A stretch of 17,613 nt of DNA from Trueperaceae bacterium (GTDB taxonomy: Bacteria; Deinococcota; Deinococci; Deinococcales; Trueperaceae): the NCBI GenBank assembly GCA_040905465.1, contig JBBDRK010000073.1, positions 1 through 17,613 of the forward strand, in the 5' to 3' direction. The notes under the pieces were generated by a model. That model searched no databases. It saw nothing but the letters and a program-made list of their open reading frames with translations, and was not told where the DNA came from. Position 1 is the first letter of the stretch. Each line of letters starts with the position of its first letter. Below are positions 7,646 through 15,719 of this stretch, piece by piece. The position numbers and the translations under genes were made by a program.

Positions 7646-8635
7646 ATGAACCGATTCAGAATCGCACTCGTCACGCTGTTCGGACTAGCAGCGCTCGCGC
7701 TCACGTTCGCTCAGGCGCAGGCCACGCTCAAACTCGGGCACATCCGGGACACCGCCCACCCTACCCACCTTGGCGCGCTCCACTTCGCCGAACTTGTCGA
7801 GGAGTCCACCGAGGGGCGGGTCGAGGTCGAGGTGTTTCCGGACAGCCAGTTGGGCGGCATCCAGGAGATGTTCGTGCAGCTGCAAACCGGTGACCTGGAA
7901 ATGGTCTACGGCGGGATCAACACGCTGGCGTTCATCGGTGGTGGAGAGGCTTTCGACATCACCGCCATCCCCTTCCTCTACCGTGACTACGAGCACATGC
8001 GAGAGGCGCTTCTCGCGGACTTCTTCGCGCCAATAATCGAAGAGGCCGAGGAGAATACCGGCATACACATCATCAACATCGCCGGCGACACCGCGCCGCG
8101 CGGACTCTCTGCCGACCGCGCCATTCACGGCCCCGAGGACTTCCAGCGGCTCCGCATCAGGACGGCCGCCAGCGAGGTCGTACTCCGCGCGATGCAGCGC
8201 CTGGGCGCACTTCCGCAACAAGTGCCCTTCTCCGACCTCTACGTTGCGCTCAGGACCGGCGTGGTCGACGCTCAGGAAAACGGCGCAATCACCGTGGTCA
8301 ACGCCAGCCTCTACGAGGTCCAGCCGTACTATATGAAGACCGACTACATCCGCGACATCGAGACCTTCTACGTCAACCCCCGAGTTTGGGAGAGCCTGTC
8401 GGAAGCCGACCGCGAGGCCATCCACCAGGCGACCGAGGAGGCAGGTGAACTGGTCACCCAGCTCACCGAGGAGCAGCTCACCGAGGCCTACGAGGTTCTC
8501 GAGCAGGAGATCACCGTGATCCGGCCCCCGGAACTCGACCTGGAGGCGATTCGCGAGGAGCTGGAAGGCACCTTCTCCGACTGGGACGGCACCAAATGGC
8601 CGGCGGGCACACTGGAGAAGATAAGAGGCCTGTAG
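7646..8635 (+). CDS. dctP: TRAP transporter substrate-binding protein
   Basis: Signal peptide; VEVFPDSQLG, LRIRT (conserved carboxylate-binding Arg), LYVALRTGVVDAQEN, LYEVQ; GGAGG RBS. Confidence 0.93.
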   Translation: MNRFRIALVTLFGLAALALTFAQAQATLKLGHIRDTAHPTHLGALHFAELVEESTEGRVEVEVFPDSQLGGIQEMFVQLQTGDLEMVYGGINTLAFIGGGEAFDITAIPFLYRDYEHMREALLADFFAPIIEEAEENTGIHIINIAGDTAPRGLSADRAIHGPEDFQRLRIRTAASEVVLRAMQRLGALPQQVPFSDLYVALRTGVVDAQENGAITVVNASLYEVQPYYMKTDYIRDIETFYVNPRVWESLSEADREAIHQATEEAGELVTQLTEEQLTEAYEVLEQEITVIRPPELDLEAIREELEGTFSDWDGTKWPAGTLEKIRGL

Positions 8636-8646
8636 TCCACCCCCAA

Positions 8647-8676
8647 GGCTGGGGAGCATGATCGCGCTCCCCAGCC
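8647..8676 (+). terminator. Intercistronic hairpin after dctP
   Basis: GGCTGGGGAGC-atgatcgc-GCTCCCCAGCC, perfect 11-bp stem. Confidence 0.65.
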
Positions 8677-8706
8677 AGTCATTGCCCCTTCGGAGGACGC
8701 TCCCCG

Positions 8707-9984
8707 TTGATACTGGTCCTGTTTGGCCTCCTGTTCGCGTTGATCGCCGTCGGCTTCAGCATCTGGACGGCGATGGGCGTGAGCGGCGCCATTTATATCG
8801 TGATGCAAGGCGAGGTGTCTTTCCGCCTGGTGGCATCTCGGATGGTGAGCGGGATCGACTCGGAAACCCTGGTTGCGATCCCCTTCTTCATCCTGGCCGG
8901 CGACATCATGAACGCCGCCGGCATCACCCGCCGACTGGCCGACTTCGCGGACCTGTTCGTCGGTCGCTTCCGGGCGGGACTGGCCTACGTCTCCATCATC
9001 GTGAGCGTGATCATGGCCGGAGTGTCCGGCTCGGCGGTGGCAGACGCAACTTCGGTGTCCTCGGTACTGCACCCGATAATGCGCAAGCGCGGATATCACG
9101 ACCGCTTCGCGGCTGCCATCAACGCCAGCTCGGCGGTAATCGGACCTATCTTCCCTCCAAGTATTCCCATGATCTTCATCGGGGTGATAAGCGGCCTCTC
9201 CATCGGACGCCTCTTCCTCGGTGGCATATTGCCCGGACTGCTCATGGCCGGAATCCTGTGGTTCGTCGCGACCCTGGTCAGCAATCGCCGCGGGTACGCC
9301 AAAGCGCCTGTCGGCTTCTCCTGGCGGCGTTTCGGTAGGCTCGCCAAGGAGACGCTGCTGGCGTTGCTCGCCCCAAGCTTCGTCATCTCCGGCGTGGTGT
9401 TCGGCTTTGTGACGATTACCGAGGTGGCGGCAATCGCCGTGGCCTACGTCATGTTCCTGGGCCTGTTCGTCTACCGGACGCTCACATGGTCGCAGCTGGC
9501 CGAGGTGTTCCGCCGCAGCGCCCTGCTTTCGGCGACGCTCATGGCGATCTTCGCGGTTGTGGGGCTGTTCCAGTACATCGTCGCCACCGAGCAGATGGGC
9601 GCCCAGCTCGAGTCGATGGTGGAGGCGCTGAACCTCGGCAAGAACGGCTTCCTGGTGTTCACGACCATCTTCTTCCTGCTGTTGGGGGCCATCCTGGACG
9701 CCATCCCCGTGATGCTGATCTTCTTCCCCGTACTGCTGCCGATCGCCATGGAACTGGGAATCGATCCCACCCACTTCGGGGTGATCACGGTCCTCAACCT
9801 GATGATCGGTTTGCTCACGCCACCGATCGGCGTGCTCCTTTTCATTCAGACAAAGATCGGTGACGTGGGGTTCGGGGAGCTGTTGGGTGAGATCTGGCCT
9901 TATATCCTCGCCCTCCTGGGCGTGCTGCTGCTGTGCACGTTCGTCCCCGCAGTGGTGCTGTGGATCCCCAACCTGGTGTTCTGA
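8707..9984 (+). CDS. dctM: TRAP transporter large permease
   Basis: LVAIPFFILAG, GVSGSAVAD, PPSIPMI, SIGRLFLGG, GIDPTHFG, IGLLTPPIG; GGAGGA RBS with TTG start. Confidence 0.95.
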   Translation: MILVLFGLLFALIAVGFSIWTAMGVSGAIYIVMQGEVSFRLVASRMVSGIDSETLVAIPFFILAGDIMNAAGITRRLADFADLFVGRFRAGLAYVSIIVSVIMAGVSGSAVADATSVSSVLHPIMRKRGYHDRFAAAINASSAVIGPIFPPSIPMIFIGVISGLSIGRLFLGGILPGLLMAGILWFVATLVSNRRGYAKAPVGFSWRRFGRLAKETLLALLAPSFVISGVVFGFVTITEVAAIAVAYVMFLGLFVYRTLTWSQLAEVFRRSALLSATLMAIFAVVGLFQYIVATEQMGAQLESMVEALNLGKNGFLVFTTIFFLLLGAILDAIPVMLIFFPVLLPIAMELGIDPTHFGVITVLNLMIGLLTPPIGVLLFIQTKIGDVGFGELLGEIWPYILALLGVLLLCTFVPAVVLWIPNLVF

Positions 9985-10469
9985 TGGGAGTTGCTGTGAC
10001 TAGAACGATCGACTACCTCACGGCGCTGCTCGAATGGGTCATGACCCTGTCGTTCGTCGCCCTGTTCCTGGTCAATCTGCTCAACATCGTCCTGCGCAAC
10101 ATCGCGGGAATCGCCTGGCTGTGGATCCCCGGCTTCTCGCGACTGGTCTTCATCTGGCTGGTATTCCTGGGAATCGCCGCAGCCTACCGGCGCGCAGCGC
10201 ACCTCGACATCGACTTCTTCCTCCTGAGGATGAAGCCTCGAGTTCGGCTGCTGACACTCATGGGGATCAACCTGGTCCTGATTCCGTTCTTCGTCATCCT
10301 GCTCGTATATGGGCTGGACGTCGCCCAGGTACGCATGCGCGTACCGTTCGACACCTGGCAGGTACCGACGGGCTACGCCTACCTCGCCGTCCCGGTTTGC
10401 GCCGTGCTGCTGCTGCTGTACTGCGGGGAGCGGCTCGTGAAATTAGTGAAGGAGGCAAGAAGCCCATGA
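9984..10469 (+). CDS. dctQ: TRAP transporter small permease
   Basis: 4 hydrophobic helices; NIVLRN, SRLVFIWLVFLG, HLDIDF, YLAVPV; TGATG coupling to the dctM stop. Confidence 0.9.
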   Translation: MGVAVTRTIDYLTALLEWVMTLSFVALFLVNLLNIVLRNIAGIAWLWIPGFSRLVFIWLVFLGIAAAYRRAAHLDIDFFLLRMKPRVRLLTLMGINLVLIPFFVILLVYGLDVAQVRMRVPFDTWQVPTGYAYLAVPVCAVLLLLYCGERLVKLVKEARSP

Positions 10470-11230
10470 ACAAGGAGCATCTGCAACAGTACCGGGTTGC
10501 GGTCGCGAACGCCTTTGCCGAGATCGAGAGCCAGGAGCCGGCGTTCGAAGCGGCTGCCAAGGTGCTGGCTCGCGCCATTGCCGGTGATCAGGTGGTTCAC
10601 GTGATCGGCCCGGGCGGCCACTCCAACATGGCGGCCGAGGAGGTGCTGTGGCGGGCCGGCGGACTGGCTCCCATCAACGCCATCCTCGACCCCGGCACCA
10701 ACCTGATCCACGGCGCGAAGCGCTCCAACTACATCGAGAGGACGCCGGGTTACGCCAGCAGGGTGCTCGATGCCTACCGGGTCGGCCTCACCCCCGGCGA
10801 AGTGATCATCATCGTCAACGCCTACGGCATAAACTCGATGGTGATCGACACGGCCCTGGAGGCGAAGAAGCGGGGAATGACGTCGGTGGGCATCACCTCC
10901 AGGGGTTTCGCCGACAACCTAGAGCACGACCACCCCTCTCGTCACCCGTCGGCCAAGAACCTCTATCAGGAGGTAGACCACTTCCTCGATTGCCACGTCC
11001 CCTACGGAGACGCCGCCGTCGTGATCGCCGGCTCGAAACAGAAAACCGGACCCACCGCGACGATGTGCAACCTCTATACGCTCAACCTGCTGATGGTCGA
11101 AACCGTCTACCAACTGGTGGAGCTGGGGGTCGAGCCGCCGATCTGGATGAGCGCCAACCTGCCCGGCGGCGACGAGGCGAACAGGGCCAACGAGGAAAAG
11201 TACATCCCCAGGGTCCGGCATCTGGGATAG
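10466..11230 (+). CDS. SIS (sugar isomerase) domain protein
   Basis: GPGGHSNMAAEE..RAGGL, ERTPGYA, SRHPSAKNL, VPYGDA, PPIWMSANLPGGDEAN; AAGGAGG RBS; ATGA overlap with dctQ. Confidence 0.88.
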   Translation: MNKEHLQQYRVAVANAFAEIESQEPAFEAAAKVLARAIAGDQVVHVIGPGGHSNMAAEEVLWRAGGLAPINAILDPGTNLIHGAKRSNYIERTPGYASRVLDAYRVGLTPGEVIIIVNAYGINSMVIDTALEAKKRGMTSVGITSRGFADNLEHDHPSRHPSAKNLYQEVDHFLDCHVPYGDAAVVIAGSKQKTGPTATMCNLYTLNLLMVETVYQLVELGVEPPIWMSANLPGGDEANRANEEKYIPRVRHLG

Positions 11231-11268
11231 GTGTCCGTGGGAAGGTTCGCACCCAGCGGCCCCGTACG

Positions 11269-11308
11269 ACGATCGCCCGCGGCAGGTATCTGCCCGCGGG
11301 CGAATCGT
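11269..11308. terminator. Long GC-rich imperfect hairpin between convergent genes
   Basis: ACGATCGCCCGCGGCAG..CTGCCCGCGGGCGAATCGT. Confidence 0.6.
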
Positions 11309-11325
11309 TCGGTCAGGCGCCGTCG

Positions 11326-12036
11326 TTACAAGTTCTCTGGGTAAACCTGCACGTTGGAGTCGGCTCGTAGCTGCTGAATTAGCTGGTCCAGGCCCTCCTG
11401 GGTCAACTGGGTCGCTACCTGCTCGCGTATCTGCTCCATCTGAGCGTCGTCGGCTTCCGCGGGGAGTTGCTCCTGGTTTTCGTCGTACCAGGCATCGATC
11501 TCGGCATCGGTCGGTTCGACTTCGGTGGCCAGATTCTCGACCACCAGCTGGACGGTAAGCACCTCGGCGACGCGTTCGCGCAACTCGGCCTCTTCGCTGA
11601 AGCCGGCGTCACTGAGGTACTGGGCGAACTCCTCGTCGCCGGCGTGGACCTCGCGTATCTGCTGGACGTACGACTCGACTTCCTCTTCGGGTGCGGCGAC
11701 CCCACGCTCCTCGGCTTCCTCGAGCAGGACCAACTGGTTCGCCAACTGGTCAAGGAATGCCGGACGGAACTCCTGCAGCGGCGCGAGGTTCTCCTCGGTC
11801 GGTTCCACCCCCTGCTGCATGACGGCGGCTCTGGCGGCGATCTCGAATTCCCGGTCGAACTCGCTCTTGCTCAGTGTTGTCTGATCCGTTTCGATAACCA
11901 GCGGTTCCTGCGCGTCGCTCTGGGCGTTCGCGGATGCCAGCACGCCGAGGGAGAGGAGGGCGAATAGGAGTGCGAGAAAACGGCTGGTGCCTGCGGCGGC
12001 GTATGAGATGCTGGTAGCTGTTCTGTTGACTGTCAT
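11326..12036 (-). CDS. Secreted SurA/PrsA N-terminal-domain chaperone-like protein lacking a PPIase domain
   Basis: Signal peptide; LDQLANQLVLLEEAEERGV..EEEV, PTDAEIDAWYDENQ, C-terminal LRADSNVQVY; AGGAG RBS. Confidence 0.75.
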   Translation of the reverse strand: MTVNRTATSISYAAAGTSRFLALLFALLSLGVLASANAQSDAQEPLVIETDQTTLSKSEFDREFEIAARAAVMQQGVEPTEENLAPLQEFRPAFLDQLANQLVLLEEAEERGVAAPEEEVESYVQQIREVHAGDEEFAQYLSDAGFSEEAELRERVAEVLTVQLVVENLATEVEPTDAEIDAWYDENQEQLPAEADDAQMEQIREQVATQLTQEGLDQLIQQLRADSNVQVYPENL

Positions 12037-12155
12037 GTATCTCCTGACTGGTAACGAATAGTCACGGTGTGGCGGACCTGCTTACCTTAGTCAACGGGAA
12101 CATGAGAGCCCGCAACCTCTCATGAGAAGAGTGTCGGCCGAAGGAGGAGGTATTC

Positions 12156-13076
12156 GTGAAGTATCGCAAGCTCGGAGCTACCGGCCTGGAGGTTTCCGTC
12201 GTCGGCATTGGCACCTGGCAGTTCGGGGGCGAGTGGGGCAAGAGCTTCTCGCAACAGGAGGCCGACCGGATCCTCGGTCGGGCGGGCGAACTCGGCATCA
12301 ACCTGATCGACACCGCCGAGTGTTATGGCGATCATCTTTCCGAACGCCTCGTCGGCAAGGCCATCGCAGGCCGCAGGGAGTAGTGGATTGTGGCTACGAA
12401 GTTCGGTCACCGCTTCCATGGCCAGTTCGAGCGCAGCCAGCAGTGGTCGGCGTCCGAGGTGGCCGAGCAGCTGGAGGCGTCTCTTGCTGCCCTCCAGACC
12501 GATTACGTCGACCTGTACCAGTTCCATTCGGGCAGCGACGAAGCGTTCGACAACGACGAGTTGTGGCGGATGCTGGCCGAACAGGTCGACAGCGGCAGGA
12601 TTCGCCGCCTGGGGATCTCCATCGGCAAGAATCGGAACATCCACCAGACCTCTCGCGCCAGCCGGGTTGGGGCCGGCGCAATCCAAGTGGTCTATAACCG
12701 GCTCGATCGCGCCCCCGAGGAGGAGGTGTTCGGCGCCTGTCGGGAGCAGGATCTCGGCGTGCTGGCCCGGGTACCGCTGGCCAGCGGTTACCTGAGCGGC
12801 AAGTACCGTCCCGGCGACAGCTTCAGCGACGAGTCCGACACCCGCTCGCGTCACGATCCCGACGAGGTGCAACGGAAGTTGCAAGAGGTCGAGCAGATAC
12901 GTCGCGATGAGATGCCCGAGAACGTGCCGATGGCCGCCTGGGACCTGGCCTGGTGCCTGAGACACCCGGCCGTGACCTGCGTGATCCCCGGTTGCAAGAG
13001 CGTGGAGCAGGTGGAGTCGAACGCGTTGGCGGCCGAGCTTGCCCCCGCCGAGCACCCGCAGGCGGTTGCCGGGTGA
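12156..13076 (+). pseudogene. Aldo/keto reductase interrupted by an in-frame TAG at 12381-12383
   Basis: MKYRKLGATGLEVS..IDTAECYG..RRE*WIVATKFG..TDYVDLYQFH..PLASG..VIPG; both halves share one frame; strong GGAGGAGG RBS. Confidence 0.85.
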
Positions 13077-13201
13077 GCGACGCGCGGCTGGGAGATGCCC
13101 GGCTGAACATCGTCGGCTGAGACGTTCCCGGCGCGATAAGTACCCTGTGGAGGCTCACCTGCCCTGCAACTTCGCACGAGAAAGTAGACGAAAGCGTTCC
13201 G

Positions 13202-14512
13202 ATGAACTCCAAAACCGGCGACAACACCAGGCTTCATCGCGAACTCGGGACGTTCGGCGCCGCCATGATGGGCCTCGGTTCCATCATCGGCACCGGAGTC
13301 TTCGTGTCGATCGGCGTGGCCGCCGGCATTACTGGCCCCTCGGTGGTGTTGGCGGTGGCGATAGGCGCGCTGGTAGCTACCTTCAACGGCCTCTCCAGCG
13401 CCCAGTTGGCGGCCAACCATCCCGTGTCGGGCGGCACCTACGAATACGGCTACCGCTACCTGAACTCCTGGCTGGGATTCCTGGCCGGCTGGCTCTTCCT
13501 GCTGGCGAAGAGCGCCTCCGCGGCAACGGCCGCCCTCGGCTTCTCCGGTTACGCCCTGAACGCCCTGGGGGTGGAAGGGCGAACCTGGCTGGTGCCGTTG
13601 GCGCTCGCCCTGGTCGTGGCGCTCACTGTAATCGTGCTCGCCGGCATGCGCCATTCCAACCGGACGAATATCGTGATCGTGAGCGTTACCCTGGCAAGCC
13701 TTGCCTTCTTCGTCGTCGCCGGCCTTCCTACCTTTTTCGGTGAAGCCGGCGGCAACTTCACGCCGTTCTTCGATCCCGAGGCGGGACGAAGCGGAATCTC
13801 TGCCCTCCTGTACGCCTCGGCGCTCATGTTCGTGGCCTACACCGGTTACGGCCGCATCGCCACCCTGGGTGAGGAGGTTCGGGAACCCAGGAGGACCATT
13901 CCGAAAGCGATCATCGCCGCCCTGCTGGGAGTCATGGTCGTCTATGCGCTGGTTGCGTCGGTAGGGGTGGGAGCGGCAGGCACGGCGGTTCTCTCGAACG
14001 TGGAGAACCGTACGGCACCACTGGAGGTCGCGGCGCGCAGCTTCGCCCTGCCCTTCGCTCCGATGGTACTGGCGGCCGGCGCGGTAACCGCGATGGCGGG
14101 CGTGCTGCTCAACCTGATCCTGGGCCTGTCGCGCGTGTTGCTGGCCATGGGCAGGCGCCGCGACATGCCGGCGCTGTTCGGCAACCTGGGCGCCGGGGGC
14201 CGCACTCCCGTCGCGGCCGTCGTAGCGGTCGGACTGCTGATCGCCGGCCTCGCCGCCGTCGGCAATGTCAAGACCACCTGGAGTTTCAGCGCCTTTACCG
14301 TACTGGGGTACTACGCCCTGACCAACCTGGCCGCCCTGAGGTTGAGCGACCAGGAGCGCTACTACCCGCGCTGGGTGGCGGTGGCGGGTCTCGTCAGTTG
14401 TCTGACGCTGGCCTTTTTCGTCGAGACCCGGATCTGGCTGGTCGGTCTCGGATTGGTCGCAGCCGGCTTGCTGTGGCACGCGCTGGCGAGACGCCGCTGG
14501 GAGACGCGGTAG
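13202..14512 (+). CDS. APC-family amino acid/polyamine permease
   Basis: GLGSIIGTGVF, PVSGGTYEY, FVAYTGYGRIATLGEEVREPRRTIPKAI; about 12 hydrophobic segments. Confidence 0.92.
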   Translation: MNSKTGDNTRLHRELGTFGAAMMGLGSIIGTGVFVSIGVAAGITGPSVVLAVAIGALVATFNGLSSAQLAANHPVSGGTYEYGYRYLNSWLGFLAGWLFLLAKSASAATAALGFSGYALNALGVEGRTWLVPLALALVVALTVIVLAGMRHSNRTNIVIVSVTLASLAFFVVAGLPTFFGEAGGNFTPFFDPEAGRSGISALLYASALMFVAYTGYGRIATLGEEVREPRRTIPKAIIAALLGVMVVYALVASVGVGAAGTAVLSNVENRTAPLEVAARSFALPFAPMVLAAGAVTAMAGVLLNLILGLSRVLLAMGRRRDMPALFGNLGAGGRTPVAAVVAVGLLIAGLAAVGNVKTTWSFSAFTVLGYYALTNLAALRLSDQERYYPRWVAVAGLVSCLTLAFFVETRIWLVGLGLVAAGLLWHALARRRWETR

Positions 14513-14623
14513 TCGCTCGGCGACCCAGTGCGCCGGCAAACGTAGTGCGGCGGCAATTTCAGCAGGGCGTCCCGCCGAGTCGGCTGTCCCGCCGGCACGG
14601 TTGCGCCTCCTCCACGTCTCCGC

Positions 14624-15109
14624 TCAGGGACCCGGTTCCAGCAGGTCGGTGTCCGGTTTACCCGGATGGGGATTCCCGAGCACGCGGGCCAGCGCCAGTG
14701 CCTGCCCCTTGTGGTGGAACTCGTGGGTGATCGGATGCAGGATCAGCCAACGCTGGGTGAGCGTCGACCGGCTGCCACTGGGAGAGGTCCAGTCGAAAGG
14801 GTTGTCCGGAGCGTTGAAGGCGTCGAGCGCCTTGGCCACCGTCGAATCTACCTCGTCGAACGCCGTCCGCAACTCGGCGACCGATTTCGCGTGGATCTCC
14901 GGGTCGGGACCGCCGAGTCCGACCGAGCCGACCCACCACAGGTAGGTGTCGGCGACATGCGAGTAGATCGCGCTCAGGCTGCCGAAGGCGAAGTCCGGAT
15001 GCTTACGGTTCAAGACCTCTTCCGGCAGGGTGTCGAGCCAGTCGAGTACGCCCGCCCGGGTGCGCCGGGCAAGGGAGTAGAAGACTTCGAGATCGCGATT
15101 GACGCTCAT
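14624..15109 (-). CDS. DinB family protein
   Basis: GSL..IYSHVADTYLWW and HPITHEFHHKGQ metal-binding His pattern. Confidence 0.88.
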   Translation of the reverse strand: MSVNRDLEVFYSLARRTRAGVLDWLDTLPEEVLNRKHPDFAFGSLSAIYSHVADTYLWWVGSVGLGGPDPEIHAKSVAELRTAFDEVDSTVAKALDAFNAPDNPFDWTSPSGSRSTLTQRWLILHPITHEFHHKGQALALARVLGNPHPGKPDTDLLEPGP

Positions 15110-15125
15110 GGACGAATACCACCTA

Positions 15126-15671
15126 TCACGGAAACACGTACGGATTGAAGGAGCCGTCGCTGCCGGGCAGGAGGCGCTTCCGAATCAGAATTACCTGGCC
15201 GGTGTGGCGCGACTCGTCCATCATCAGGTGCGTCCAGTAGTAGTGAATGTTGCTTGCCCTCCCGGCGAAAGTCCTGGGAGTGGCCAGCCAGGCGTCATCC
15301 TTTTCGGCGAGCAGCGACAGCGTATCCTCGTGGGTCCGCTTCAGGTAATCGCGGTAGGCCGCCATGTCCTGCCCGGCCAGATGGTTGCCGTCGAATCGGA
15401 ACGCCCGTTCGAGGTCCTCCTGGCCAGCCGCGAACCGCAGATCGTGGAACATGAGGTTGCGGATCATTACCTCGGCCGCCGCAACGTGAGCCAGAATCGC
15501 GCCGATCGAGTTACTGCAACCGGGCGCCAGGGTGTCCAACTGGGGCGCTCCCAGTTCGCGTGCCGCGCTGAGCAGGTAGTAGCGGTGGCTGCCCAGCTGG
15601 CTGGCGAGCGTCTCCAGGAGCGGCCTCGTGCCGAAGTGGGGACCGACGGATAACGGGTGTTGGAGGCTCAC
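15126..15671 (-). CDS. DinB/DUF664-like protein
   Basis: NSIGAILAHVAAAE and WTHLMMDESRHTGQV; start probably GTG 15671, since the ORF-track extension overlaps the divergent gene. Confidence 0.8.
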   Translation of the reverse strand: MSLQHPLSVGPHFGTRPLLETLASQLGSHRYYLLSAARELGAPQLDTLAPGCSNSIGAILAHVAAAEVMIRNLMFHDLRFAAGQEDLERAFRFDGNHLAGQDMAAYRDYLKRTHEDTLSLLAEKDDAWLATPRTFAGRASNIHYYWTHLMMDESRHTGQVILIRKRLLPGSDGSFNPYVFP

Positions 15672-15719
15672 GGTCGCCTGGACACGAATCGCGCACGAGT
15701 TCCTGGCGGCGTCATTGTC

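Noticed and set aside
10034-10465. N-terminal extension of the SIS ORF
   Set aside because: Overlaps dctQ in another frame; the RBS and ATG at 10466 define the real start.
3442-11230. Standard GlcNAc or sialic acid utilisation locus
   Set aside because: No nagK/PTS or nanA/nanE/nanK in the window, and it would not explain the coupled mannonate-type SDR; not fully excluded, since those genes could lie elsewhere.
12851-14539. 562-aa minus-strand ORF (likewise 7685-8659, 8488-9774, 12120-13055)
   Set aside because: Antisense shadows of well-supported genes, explained by codon bias.
14569-14598. Short direct repeat GTCCCGCCG between the APC permease and DinB
   Set aside because: A 9-bp GC-rich duplication is expected by chance at this composition.
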